Positions 1 to 13,900 are shown, counted from the stretch's first letter. The stretch: 64,000 nt of DNA from Trichoplax adhaerens (GCF_000150275.1 NW_002060944.1:7702735-7766734), one strand, 5' to 3'. A program made the numbers and translations. Notes: generated by a model from the letters alone, not told the origin.

Positions 1-3000
1 GATAGCTTTCAATTTAGTCAGTTGTTAACTAATACTGACTATGAAATTCGAATTCAAGCGCGGAATAGCCGTGGAGGTGGAGTATTTAGTCGTCAAATCA
101 TAGCTCGTACTCGTGAAAGAGCTCCATCTCAGGCTCCATCTCCGATTACAACAAAGTCAATTAATGCGACTGCGATAGAAGTGAAATGGGGGCTTATTCC
201 TGATGGTGCTGCACGTGGTATTATTATGGGATACAAGGTATGATAGTATTTAATTTAGTAATAACTGTGCCTGGTTATGGACTAATTAGTCATAGAGTGT
301 TAGTAATTACCTTTTCTGTGATATGAATTAGCTTAGCAGAACGTATTTTAACTACAAGAATATCTGATTTAGTGAATCGATTGATGAGTATGTTCCCAGA
401 TAACTTACTTAATTACTAAACAGATTCGATATTGGCGAGAGATAGTCGCTGGCATATCCATCAGAAACGTTAATAACGCCACAGCAACTTCTACAATAAT
501 AAGTGGTTTAGTCAGTGAGCGGTCGTACTATGTACAAGTTTTAGGCTATACGTCTCGAGGAGACGGTCCGGCAAGTTCACCACCAAATTACGTCTACGTA
601 TCTCCCTTAAGTATGTCATGGTATTACATTAATTATCAATTCACTTGTTTTGGCTTAGCCTCATGTGTGATAACACACCCAGAGAGGATTTATAAGATAA
701 AATAAGGAAAGTAATAGCGGTCCTAACTGATAATTTCTTTTGTTAACATAGTTCCATCAGCTCCACAAGGCATTACCTTCAGTTCGATTTCGTCTAATTC
801 TCTTCGAATTAATTGGGTTATGCCATACCGACCTAATAAACCAATTCTTCAATTTCGAATTGGTTTTGCTCTTAATTCTGCCACGCAGCTACAAAATATT
901 TACATTGCTGGAAATAGTACATTTAACTTTCGTCATAACAATTTGCTATCCCGGCGTGATTACAAATACCAAGTTTGTGCAGAAAATGCTGCTGGATGGG
1001 GATGTAGTCTTTTCTACATTGTTAGAACTGAATCTACTATCGGATGTAAGTACTGCAAATTCATAGATAATTTAATGGAAATATGTATGTAGCAAATATT
1101 GAACTAGAACTATCCAAGGGAAAGGATTTTTGTAGCGAATTTTTTAATTAATTCGTAATTGATTTCACTGATTGAATTGCTGTAATTAGTATGAAGCGTA
1201 CGATATAAATTGTAAGCTAGAGTTTTGTAAGACTTCAGTCGGTTGCGGTCGTCATTATCTTATTATGTTATAACTTTCCAATTTCAATAGTTTATGTTGC
1301 TTTGGTAGTTTATCTAATTCATATTTTCAATCACATTGTAGCAATCCCAGCTCTAGCTCAATCAATACGATATCCGGCAGAGACTATTGGAGCTCAATCA
1401 TTTGTTATGTTATGGAATAATCCAGCAGGTACTTATCCAATCCGTTATTACAGAGTTCGCTATAGTAGTGATGGAAGTACATGGTTCGTTTTGGATGAGC
1501 TCATTCCTCCATCCCCTACAAGTTTTATACTACGTGGTTTTCAGCCTAATACCCGCTATTTTCTGCAAGTTATTTCAACTAATGATTATAATAATGGATT
1601 TTGGAGTAGCTCAATCCAAGCACAAACTTTACCAACTTGGCCAAGTCAGGTTCCATCTAACGTTTTAGCGCAAGTTGATAATTCAACGACTATCCTCGTT
1701 ACGTGGACAGGCATTTCTACAACCGGCTTTAATGGTGTTCCACTTGGTTATCGCTTGCGATATCGAATTGTCGATAATGCTAATGTTTACACAGTTCTTC
1801 AATCAGCAAATACAACAGCATTTCGTTATTATATACAAGGTTTATTACAATATTCTACTTATGGGGTCTCTGTTGCCGCATACAACAGTAATGGTACTGG
1901 GCCTTATAGCAATGAAGTGACTGTTCAAACTCAAGCTTCCGGTAAAGTATTTCTTGCTTCGCGTTATCCGGAGATTTATTTATCGCTTTTCTATTATATA
2001 ATATCAGCCTATTATATAATTTATATTAATTCATTATTACTAATTCTTTTATAATGCTCTGTAGCTCCATCAGCAGCCCCAACTGAATTAAATATAGTAT
2101 CCAAAACGGCTACGAGCGTAACCCTAAGTTGGACAGCACCACCATCTAATACGCATAACGGAGTACTAAGGGGATATTTGGTTAGTGATTTGAGTATTTT
2201 CCGACATTTATAAAACTAATTGCTTATTCTAATCATTTTTATAACGCTTTTATGCTCTTATTCGACAGATTGACTTCTGGCTTGTACAGAATAATTCAAC
2301 AAAGAAGCAAGTTAACACCAATTCTATCATTACACAATACACTATCAACAATTTAAGGAGTTTTGCTGAGTATGCTGTATTAGTTAAGGCTTTTAATGGA
2401 TTTGAAGGACCTGCAAGCGTCACTGTTCGAGTTACTACTTCGCAGTCAGGTAATGAAGGATGTAATAATAACTGTGATAGCTCAGTTAAATGAACAATAT
2501 ATCTCGTATTTATTTTGATTTGATATTGTATTGCCAGTACATAAAACACAATAGATATTGCAGTTACTGCACTACCCTAGCTATTAATTATGTAAATATT
2601 CGATGATATGCATGATTTAGCATGTCTAATATCGTATTGGTACGTTTTGGATTTATTTTTTAACCTGATATTATAGTACCTGGAGCGCCTTTCGACATTG
2701 CAGCCGATAATGTCGAACGGACAACTGTTGCAGTGACATGGTTACCACCTGATCGACCCAATGGTGAAATTACAAGTTATGAAGTTCAATTTGGTTTAAA
2801 TACCGCTCGAGAACTAAATACTCAAGTCGTGCCAGACCCTAATCAACGTCGGTTGAATATCGCTATGTCATGGAATAGTACTTCTATTATTTCTATACGA
2901 GCTAGGAATAGCATTGGCTTTGGAGTGAAATTAACCAAATACTTTGTTAATGTTTATCAATATGGTAAAGTAGATATACTTTTACAATCATTAATTTTAT

Positions 3001-5852
3001 AGATATTTACTTTTCTCCATTAAACTACCATTTTCTAGAAATTGATCTACATGAGAAATTTACTATCATTTTTTATCTTTTAAAATTGTTATTGTAGTGC
3101 GTCTCCAATACAGCGGTACATCAGTTGGCAGCGTTACATTGACGTGGACACCAGCGATACCAAGACTAATGCCTAATCAGACAAACTATATCGAATATCA
3201 AGACATAGGTATGTCAGAGCAATTTTTAGGACACGCATAGTATAAAGCAAAGCATAAACTATGGTATAAACGTTGGTAATGAAATACGAGCACATAAAAT
3301 TCTACATATAATTATCTACATCTTAACAATATTCTTGTACTGATATCTGCAAGAATTAATGAGTTTTAGCTAACGTAATAAGATATTGAATGCATATTGT
3401 TTACTTACCATTTAGCTAATAATTCCAATTGGATATCAGCCGCAAATGAAATTCCAGTTGCTTCGACATCATTTCAGCTAACTGGTTTAAAGTTGAACAC
3501 AAAATATCGATGTAGACTTATTGTGAAAAGTGCAGATAAAGCTTATATTAAATCTGTGATTGGGATTGCACAGGGTGAAACAATAACGGGTAAATACAGT
3601 TACAAGCTGTACCACTATTAATCATATCATCCATGCTTGTTTTTAGAGTTTTACCTATGAAATAGTGAGAAGCACTCATTATTTTCCATTAAATCTACTT
3701 TATTATACGTATTAAAAATATACTTAAAGGTTGTAACACTTATTCATGGTAATAATTATACATTTTCTATTGAAATTGTAGGTAGTGGTAGTCAGCAATT
3801 TTATCAACAATGGTGGTTTATTGTCATCATAGCTGTGATCTGCTTAATTGTCCTCATTTTGTTAATTGCTACATTATATTGGCGAGGAAAATCAGAACCT
3901 AATAAAAATACTGGTATTCAAGAGCTGATTTTAATAGCTTATACTATATTGCATATTGCAGCTATTCTAAGAGTATTTAGAGTGCTATTTACTTTCGTAT
4001 TAATCACACTTCTATCCTATTTGTAGTAATCTTTAGACATCCAGAGGCAAGAAATTCACAAATATCTGAGGTTCGTACAGGACCAGTTGGCGATATGGAT
4101 TTAAATGGATCAATGAATGGGATTCCATTGACAGCGAGAAGTTCGTATCAAGGTAGTGGTTATGATATCAGAAGTACAATTCCATCCGAAATGCCTTCCT
4201 CTAGGTGAGAATACTATGGATATTTTACAGTGTTAGCTACATTTAAGTTATTGTTGCGTCTTGACTGCGGCTCCTTATTAACAGTAAATTGATTACTTGA
4301 TAACTTTAGGCCACCTTCAACTGGACTTCCGTCTCATATCAACGATGGATTTAGTGATGAAGAAGATGAACGGTCTATGAGCCATCATCCATTGACTGAT
4401 GACGATCATTACCAGAGACCCCCAATTGATGTTCGCCAGAATGGACTAATTCAACGAACTACTATGAATCGTTTCAATGAATTGGTTATCGATGAAACTT
4501 CTGAAGAAAACGATGATGGTGATGAAACTGACTATCAACAGAATCGTAGTTTCTTTGTGACAAGACGTCAAGTTGATAGACCTAACAATGCTGTAAATAA
4601 TTATAATAATCGATCACAAGGACAACATTCAAATCAATTACCTCCTCATTTAAGATCGAATGGATTTCTTGTATCTAATCAGACCACTGCTCCATCGTAT
4701 AGCAATAGCAATAATGGCACTAATGGCAGTAATGGCAATAGAGTAACCGTAAATAATAATCGAATTGATCCACCGCCTTTTACAATCACGAAATTAAGTG
4801 CTCCTAGAGCAACTGTAACAACTGACGATGATAGTGAATTCGACGATCCTCAACGGTTAAGATCACGTTTTAACCAACCACCTTCTAGCCTATCAGAATT
4901 ACCTTCTCGTCGGCCAAATCGTCTATTGACTTCTCACTCACCATCTAGCCAATCTCGTGATGCTATAGCTTCTGATTCGCTGCCACAATCACCTCGTGGC
5001 CATTTAATTTCCCGTTCACCACCTCGTTCACCTCCTCGTTCACCTACTCGCGGTGTACCTCGTTCACCAGTACGTTCTCCGACACGCTCGCCACCGAGGC
5101 GTGGAAGAAATACCAATGTTGTACCTAACGGAAGGGAGAATCCATTATATAGGCAAGAATCACCTCCACCGAGAGGTAGAGGAATGCCAATGAGAGGTAG
5201 AACAAATGGCGTTCATCAACCACCTATTATGCAACGTAGTAATGGACAACCGCATTTCAACGATTCTCCATCACTATCTGAAAGTGATGGCGATCAATTA
5301 GATGATGAAAGAGTAACTGGTGCAATTCCACAGCGCAATCAGCCTTTGCCGATTCCACCGCAACGTACGGAATCGTTAAGGGGCAAAAAATCAACTCTTG
5401 CTAATGTATCTAGAGGTCGAGGTCGAAACAGCCGTGGTAGCAATCTTCGTGATCGATTAAAGCGATTGCCTCAAAAGCGGTCATCGTTTCCATATCGTAT
5501 AGAACATTTACGTCACGATAACGAAAGCGTTCAAAGTACTGATAGTTCTATACCTTCAATGTTAGAAGAGCCGAGAAATGTGCGAAGTCCACGCCAATTT
5601 ACTCAACGTGATATTGTACAAAACTATCGTGATAATGTTGTTCGCGCATCTATGAGACTGAAAGGGCTAAAGCATCAAAATGGAAATATTCGTTCTAACC
5701 TAAATAAAAATCCCCCACGTACGAATGGAAATCTTCGAACGAATGGAAATGTACGCGGTGGTGGTAGGGCAACGGGTATTCCCTCTGTTTACTATCACAG
5801 CGAGCAAGGTCGTGTTAAACCAGGATTACCAGATCCTTCGTATTTTATATAA
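1..5852 (+). CDS. sdk: Sidekick-like cell adhesion receptor (FN3 repeats, TM, long cytoplasmic tail); 5'-truncated, multi-exon
   Basis: About 8 successive FN3 domains over phase-compatible GT-AG exons (e.g. ..237, 424-610, 752-1045, 1342-1941). TM segment QQFYQQWWFIVIIAVICLIVLILLIATLYW resembles Sidekick FYEEWWFL. The tail has a GFSDEED motif. C-terminal PSYFI* resembles the Sidekick PDZ-binding end FSSFV. Confidence 0.8.
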
Positions 5853-6989
5853 TGCATGTTAACTTTATGAGGCTAGAAGGATTTTATTTATTTTATGGAA
5901 ACATTTCGACCGTAATTGTTTTTATAGATCATATGAGATTTGTTATATAGATTAAGATGGAAATATATTGGATGTTTTTTCTAATTCATTGTACTGTTGT
6001 AACAGTATTTTGTATCATACATTATAACATAGAAATGCTATCAGCTGAAGAGAATAATAAATAGTGATATTAACTGAAAGCTATCCGCTGTCCTATGGTA
6101 CTGTATTATTAAATCTACTTTATACAAAATAACTAGGGGCTTTTTAAGCTACTTTAGATAGAATTCTATTGGATCCAATTTATATTTTGATTCTCTAATT
6201 ATTCTTATCATCAACGCCTGTTGTGGATAAAGCGTTCTATTTTGAATAAAAATTTATAACACTCTTGTTAACTTTAAAATTAATCTTGTGTGATGATTCG
6301 AGTACGGTTTGGCTACACTGTAGTCTATACAAATATGATAAGGTATATTGCTTTCAAGTTTTAGAATCTGTACAGGGCAAAAGGCAATTGGTTATCTACT
6401 TTTAAGAATGAAAATTAATTGCCCGGATATGATTTACAATGGTATTTTATATTAGCATTTCTTAATAATTACTAAATTGTATTTTACTTTCCCATATACG
6501 AAGGTAGGTTAGAGTTAACCTCCAATGTACACGTACGTATGTTCAAGTTATTAAAAATAGCAGCACAAAATACACAAATGAATGCTATAACTAAAACTAG
6601 CTTTATTTCGTTTCAATATACCTGTACCACAGGCATTTGCAACACTAAAATACGCTCAATGCAGAGCGTTGTTTATGAACCAAAAATGCTATCATAAAAA
6701 ACATCTTTTTTCATACAGATACTTATATTGCTGTAGCTGACTATAGTATGAACATTTATGTAGGATAGACTTAATCAATTACTAGATTTTATCATTCAAG
6801 ATATTAGCTTCGATTTCCTAACTGTGCGCTCTATAATGAACGAAAATTGACTAGGAAATTCTATTGATAAAATGCTATCATACTGCAAAATAGGCAACGT
6901 CAATACGCAATTGCATATGTCATGGACTAGAATAGCTTCGATATTAATTTTAATAAGATTATGTCAGCAAACGGTGCTATTTGGCTACT

Positions 6990-7604
6990 CTACGATTTAT
7001 AAGGTGGAGGGCAAACGTGAACATCGCCCTTTGAAGGTAATCCAGCTTTCTCCAGCAACCCAGGTAATGCATCGGCTTGTAGGATAATGTATTGAGGTTC
7101 TTGGCGTTGCATTCGTCGCAGAATTATACAAGCCATCAACCCAAAAAACATGAGTACCAAGAATCCCAAGCATCCCCTAATTATGGTCATTAATATCCAA
7201 AAATTCGATATTATTATTACATGTTTGTCTGATACGAAAACATTCGATTATGCTGCAGTCATGGATATCACTAGAACAATCTGTTTTTATGAATTAGCTA
7301 ACGATAATAATAAGTGTAGAAACTTTAAATTGAAATTGGATAACTTACCAGAAATACACTGCTTTGGCTAATATAAAGCAGCACTTGTGAGGGCCACAGC
7401 ATTGTGTCATCATAGGACATTCGTTACCTTGACTATATCATTGAAAGACAAGTTTATTATCGAGTAATCAACGAAACGATGGTGGTTAGAAAGATCATTT
7501 AGCCGTAAACATCGACTTTAAAATCCGAAATGTTTATTTCTAATGATAGAGTGCATTTATTAGTTAATTAATCACTATTTGATGTGTTCTTACCATGGAT
7601 CCAT
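6990..7604 (-). CDS. Small single-pass six-cysteine (STMC6; WBP1/VOPP1/TMEM92-like) protein with C-terminal PPxY motif
   Basis: Minus-strand exons 7594-7604 (ATG), 7349-7432 and 6990-7176 have canonical GT-AG ends and splice in frame: MDPCQGNECPMMTQCCGPHKCCFILAKAVYFWGCLGFLVLMFFGLMACIILRRMQRQ...VCPPPYKS*. The true start may lie further upstream. Confidence 0.8.
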
Positions 7605-8419
7605 ATTGATTTGCCTAAAATGATGAAAGGAAAGAGGTGAAAATTAGTCACTGGATAAGCTATATACCGAATAACAATACGAATTAAGACAATAATATAT
7701 GTCAGAAAATGGAGTGCAAATGAATAGGCCAAATAAAGTGATGGTATACGAGGATACATCTTCAATTACCGGAAACTTAAACTGTGTAACCCTTATAAAG
7801 TAAAATATTGTTAAAGCCAATTTCTATTTCTTCTAGTAATGATTTATTAATTCATTTTCGGTCTTTTACAGTCGTAGCATTCGACATTGAACACTAGTAC
7901 GGTGCTTATTCAGCTCTCCAACGAGACTGAATACCGACTATCAGCACTAACTTTACAATCAGCAACTGCTAGAATTGAAGAAATTGTCAGCAATAGGTTT
8001 ACTTCCAGTCTTGATGTTTATACGAGTAATATAATTTTTTTAAGAAATCGTAATTGTAGGGTAAATGTTACGTTAAGATTTGAATCTATTTACCACATCA
8101 TACCGTAATCGCTATCACTATTAAATACGTCATTTTTAAAAGATAATTATGATTTTCTAAAGCATATAAAACGCGATAATATGCAAATTTCTTACAGTAA
8201 TTGCAGATTTTAAATCACCGTTAGACTATGATGCAGTTGTTGATTATATTCACGGAAAGTCTATTTCATTCTTTGATCATTCGCAAACCGTTTAAGCTAT
8301 TACTACGATTCACTAATGAGGAGTTCGTGTGGTCGATTAGCTGTAGGTTTTGTAGAAAGATGAGATATACAGTTTACTGATGATTACCAGCTTAATTCTA
8401 AAGCGTTGGTGAGACAACA

Positions 8420-9200
8420 AAAAAGAAAGCGATAGCAATTGGATTCAATCCGATGATAGAGTATCTTTATATACAGTAAGACGAGTTGAAATATTGTAGA
8501 ATGCAAATCTAGTACAGTTATTTTTCGTGTGTTTTATGGTGCAAGGGATAGACAACAAGAAAGAAAATAACAGCAATTGGATCTAATTCGACGATGGAAC
8601 ATCTTCATAAATGATGAATTGGAGTATTATAGGATGCAAAACTAGTATAGTTATTTTTTGTATGTGTTATGATGCGAGCGATTAACGACAAGAAAGAAAG
8701 CGATAGCAGTTGGATCTAATCCGATGATGGAATATCCTCAAATATAGTGTATTAGAGTATGATAGAATACAAATCTGGAGCAGGTATTTTTTTTGTGTGT
8801 GAGTGTGTTATAATGTAAGAAATAGACACATAAAAGCAAACGATAGCAATTAGATCTAATCCGATGATGCAACATCTTTCTATGTGATGTGTCAATAATG
8901 TAAAATACAAATCTGATGTGTCAATAATGTAAAATACAAATCTGGTATAGCTATTTTTTGTGTATGTGCTATGGTGCAAGGATATAAAGAAAACGATAGT
9001 AATCGAGTCTAATCTGTGATGGAACATCTTTACATATAGTGTATTAGAGTATTATAGAATACAGCGTGTGCTAAGGTGCAACGGTATAAAAGAAAATGAT
9101 AGTTATTGAATCTAATCCGATGATGAAACATTTTTACGTATAGTGTGTTGGAGTATTATAGAATGCAAACCTGATTTTTTTTTGTGAGTGTGATGGTGCG
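8420..9200. repeat. Degenerate tandem repeat A, unit about 135 bp, about 6 copies
   Basis: Core gatagcaattggatctaatccgatgatggaacatc recurs near 8431, 8568, 8702, 8842, 8995, 9098. Confidence 0.9.
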
Positions 9201-9304
9201 AGGAAGAGATAAATATAAAATTAAATCTATAAAAAGCTATGATAAAAGCATAAGCTTGTATAAACTCAATATCTTTTCAGGTGCTATCACTATGTTATCA
9301 GATC

Positions 9305-10065
9305 GAAGCTTATCAGAAAATAATCAAGCGCAACAATTGATTAGTCTGTTTAATAAAGAATCGTAATCGATCATCAACGAGATTGACTTATTAGAAATAA
9401 TCAAAATGCAACAGTTAGCTAGAGTGTTTAATAAAGAATCGTCATCAATTATCAACAAGCTTAACTTATCAGAAATAATCAAATAAATCAAATGCAATAG
9501 TTAACTAGACTGTTTAATAAAGGATCGTAATTGATCATCAGCGAGATTAATCAAAAGTAGCAATTAGCTAGAGTCTAGACTGGTTTAATAAAAATATATA
9601 TGAATCGTAATTAATCATCAATAAGCTTAATGAACTTATCAGAAATAATCAAATACAATCAAGTTCAACAATTAATTAGAATGTTTAATGAAGAATTGTA
9701 ATAAATTATCAACAAGATTAACTTATCAGAAAGAATCAAATGCCACAGTTAACTAGACTGTTGATAATGAATCGCACGGTAATTAAACCTCAATATGCTT
9801 AGATTAACTTATCAGAAAGAATCAAATGCCACAGTTAACTAGACTGTCGATAATGAATCATATCGTAATTAATCCTCAATATGCTTAAATTAACTTATCA
9901 GAAAGAATCAAATGCAACTAGACTGTTGATAATGAATCGTATCGTATGTAATCCTCAATAAGCTTAATTTATCAGAAATAATTTAATATTATCAAGTGCT
10001 ATAGTGAACTAGATTGCTTAATTATGAATCCTAATTAATCATCAATCAGATTAAATTGATAATTT
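9305..10065. repeat. Degenerate tandem repeat B, unit about 75-90 bp, about 9-10 copies
   Basis: Recurrent aacttatcagaaa(t/g)aatcaaatgc(a/c)acagttaactagactgtt...gaatcgtaatt. Confidence 0.9.
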
Positions 10066-10514
10066 TATCAAGATTAGATTCGATGTTCATGGTTACTAAA
10101 TTAGCGAAAATTTACCCAAGATCAGATTGGAGAGATCAAAACGAGTATAAGTAAACCAAATTGGGAAAATTCTGCCTGACTTTGAACGCAAACACAACAA
10201 AAATGTTTATCTTGAAGAAAAAATTCCTTTATAAGCTCTTCAAGTCCGTTTCAATACGCCTGTTAAATGGCCCAACAAGTAGATGACAGAGAAGATACTG
10301 CCGTTGCAATTTTATTACACTACCCTATCAGATGTGATGGTCTGTCCAAGTATTTCCACTAGGTAGAATCCAAGTATTGTCTGAGCACTGTATTTAAGCA
10401 AGTAATAGCGGTGCTCACAAGTTCTCCACGAGTCCAGAGTCCAAAATTTTACTAACAATAGCTAAGACTAGCCTGGTCGTAGATACTCTTGTAAGACTAT
10501 GAGAAAAGCGACTT

Positions 10515-10902
10515 CGACTAGACATGGCGTAAGCCGCACCTTTACACCCAAAACTCTCAAGTCTAGTATTTACTGAGTCCTATATCGCATACCAACTTAT
10601 TGCAATGGAAGCCTGCTTTGGCAGAGTTTTGTCAGGCAATCTCTTACTCGGATTAGAATGGCGTAAGGCGCATCTTAATCTCAAATAAGTTGATTATTGC
10701 TTACTGAGTACTGTATCGCATAGCAACACGTTGCAATGGAGGCCTACTTTGATCGAGTTTTGTCAGGCAATCTCTTACTCAGACTAGATATGGCGTAAGC
10801 CACATCTTTATCCCAAATAGATCGATTAATATTTACTGAGTCTTGTGTCGCATACCGACGCGTTGCAATGGAGGCCTGTTGTGACAGTTTTTGTCTGGCA
10901 AG
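10515..10902. repeat. Tandem repeat C, unit about 133 bp, 3 copies
   Basis: atggcgtaag at 10524, 10658 and 10790, each followed by tactgagt...ttgcaatgga.gcct...ttttgtc.ggcaa. Confidence 0.9.
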
Positions 10903-13900
10903 TTAATTAACAAAATCAATTAAATTTACTTCAGGCAATAATACCATCAGTTTGAATCACAATAAACATTAGAAATGGTAGATATTTGATTTACCAGTAA
11001 TTTACTTTCCTGCAGAAATTCTATGTTGGAATTCTTTATATATATATATATAAAGTTATTTAATTTTTTAATATCAGATAAAGAATTTATAGGACAGAAA
11101 TGATCACATTTGATTATATGATGTCTTAGATAGTGATAATCTCAAAGATCGTTTTTGCTGTTTTACTTTTGCCGTAATTAATGCTTGAAATATAATTCAA
11201 TTTCTTTTGGAAATAAACTGGCAAGCTGGTCATAAAACGACATTTCATGTTATGTAAATATGATCTTAGTTGTTAAAATACTCTAGCATCATCATCTATG
11301 CAACATCTTCTAACTTTTGATCTTGGGTTCAATGGTATCTAACTGAATAGTATAGTACATAGTAGATATTTACTGTAGTTTCCCGAGATTAAGAACTTCA
11401 GCTCAAAAATAATTGTATTGCAATTACTTATATCTATGATTTGACAAAACTTCTCTCTCTATAAAATACGCGTATAAGACATATGAATTGACTAATGGTT
11501 ATATCTTAAAAGTTTCAAAGTTACAGTTTTAATTGCTATTAGATATTAGTGCCTAGTGGCTAAAGTTTGACACGATTTAATCCTTTGACTTTGGAATCTC
11601 TGGGCTACGGTGCTCAACTGTAAATTGACAGTAAATCAGTTTTGAATAAAAACTAGTGAATATTTAACCCTAACCATCATAGCTAGTTCCTCCAGAAATC
11701 TACGCGTATAAATAAAATTACATTTTTTAGCAAAATCAAACGGCCTATCATATAAGTGTTGATGTTACTCATTAGTTCAATATTAAGCAAAGTACGCTAA
11801 CAATATTGAAAATATTGTTATATTTCCAGTTGCTTTATATAATCAAATATAATTATTTTTACGTGAAATAACGACACATGTTTTTATTAATTAACTCATG
11901 TAAGCTAGCACCTAAGTCATCATAGGTCAAAGTGAAAGGCTTAACAAGGAGGAATCAAAATGATTCTATTGGTTGGACTATATATGAAATATTAGATTGA
12001 ATATGATCTGTATCAGAATACATTGATTAAATTCTCATTTATTTGATCTGAAATGTTATACTAGAATACGTCTTTCACCTATTATGATATTCATCATTTT
12101 AACAATACTGCCAACGTTTAAAGATCTACTTATTAAATTTATGTTTCTAAGAGTTTCACGCCATGGTCGGTAAGATAAACATAATAGAGTGTAAGGTTTT
12201 GCCTTCCGGATTTGTCTTGAAATCAAGTTTATTCAGGACCAATCTCTTATATAGAGTTCTTTCTGGTTTAGCTGTTTCCTATCCTTTATAACAGATTGAT
12301 GCTCTATTACAATATATAATTCTATAAATTAATTTATTAAGGAATTGATATCCATTGACATAATTTAATTTTCAAGTGGCATGTACTGATTAATATCACT
12401 TTGACTTATTTAAAACATGTTATTTTCTTTATTTATTGTAATCTTTTAAACCACTACCTAAGATTGAATTTGTCCCTTCCAATTGGATCAATAAATGCAA
12501 TATATATATTACATTAAGTTCTGTCAGGGCAGGGGAAATCATAAAATATTCGATTAACTTATAAACATGGTGATTTTGCACAGTCGGCGGCGCAATCATA
12601 TCGTAAAAATAGTACGTAAAAGGAAGCTTAGTTTTTGATTCAAATATTGCTCTTATCTCACGTTATTTGGTTATATCTTCTGTCTGAAAAAGGATAACGT
12701 AAACAAATATTAATAGGTTACTAAGAGAAAGAAGTGATCCATAAACGACAGGTGCAAAAAATAGTAATGACTATTATAACTACAAGTATCATTAACAAGG
12801 CTATGGGAAATAAACAACTCCACCAGAATAGACCATTTTAATTTGTAAAGAGGAACTCTATTTTTCCTTGAAAGATCTATACCAAGGCAATAAAATAATC
12901 TTTCTATTACCAATCGACTGTGAAATGGTTTCGTAGAATGTAGGATAGCAAGAATTAACTATATGAACAGTAATCTCTTCAACAGTGACCTAACGGTGCC
13001 TGAGGCATCTGTTCCTCTAAAATGAATACGCTAAACCAAGAAAAAATTCGTTGATATGCATGTAATTATAAACGTTAATAAATGTAAAGCTAACACTCTC
13101 TAGCTAGATTGATTATCGTAATAAAGAAATCTTTTATTCCTTATTATTACCCACAGTTTAGTAATCCTTTTTTTACTATTATAGATTGAAAAGTGAAAAG
13201 AAAAGGGTAAATTGATTTATTTAAGATTCATATATTGAATATGCATAGCTTAGCTTATAAAATTGCATATCTAGGAGTTGGTTTTCTCAATTTTACGCGA
13301 GTTATTCCATTTAATTTTATCTTGTGATAAACATAATATGCTGCTGATCAGCTTTGTTCAATTGATTTCCATATTAGGGATTATTACTGGTTATGTTCAC
13401 CATTTTACAATACTTTATGTTATGTTCAACTGATTTCCATATTATGGTATAAAAAGGAGATACGATAGAGAAAAAAGAGGAGACTTCGGCTTAAATTTGA
13501 ATAAGTCATTAAGTTGCTCATTGGCTGTTTGCTATTTGTTGTTACTCGTTTAACTTGTAGTCATAACAAGCATCGCCAAGGTTTTTCTTTACTGCGGTTG
13601 TTCTATTGGCATTTATATTACTATTTCTATCAGCAACCACCGCAGTTATTGTATTTACGTAGATCTTACAAAATTTTATTCATAATTTTATTCATAATTG
13701 CTGTGATGATATTTTATACTAATAGAAATCTCTTGCCTTGTCTACATATTCTACTAAATCTTGACTGCAGGTAACGAAATAAACAAGTTCATTTTTATGC
13801 GCTTGCAATGCTTTTAACTAACTATTGATAAATATTAGGTGCAGTAAGTTCTTAACGTTAGTCTCTTTTCATGTTTACTTATCTATTTATCTATATTACT

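Noticed and set aside
7887-8108. 73-aa plus-strand ORF
   Set aside because: Non-ATG start, no recognisable domain and no linked exons.
9120-9174. C/D box snoRNA (ATGATGA...CTGA) in array A
   Set aside because: Too short, no convincing terminal stem, and the boxes are not conserved in the other units.
8420-10902. CRISPR-like interpretation of the three repeat arrays
   Set aside because: Whole units are homologous, with no unique spacers; the context is eukaryotic and there are no cas genes.
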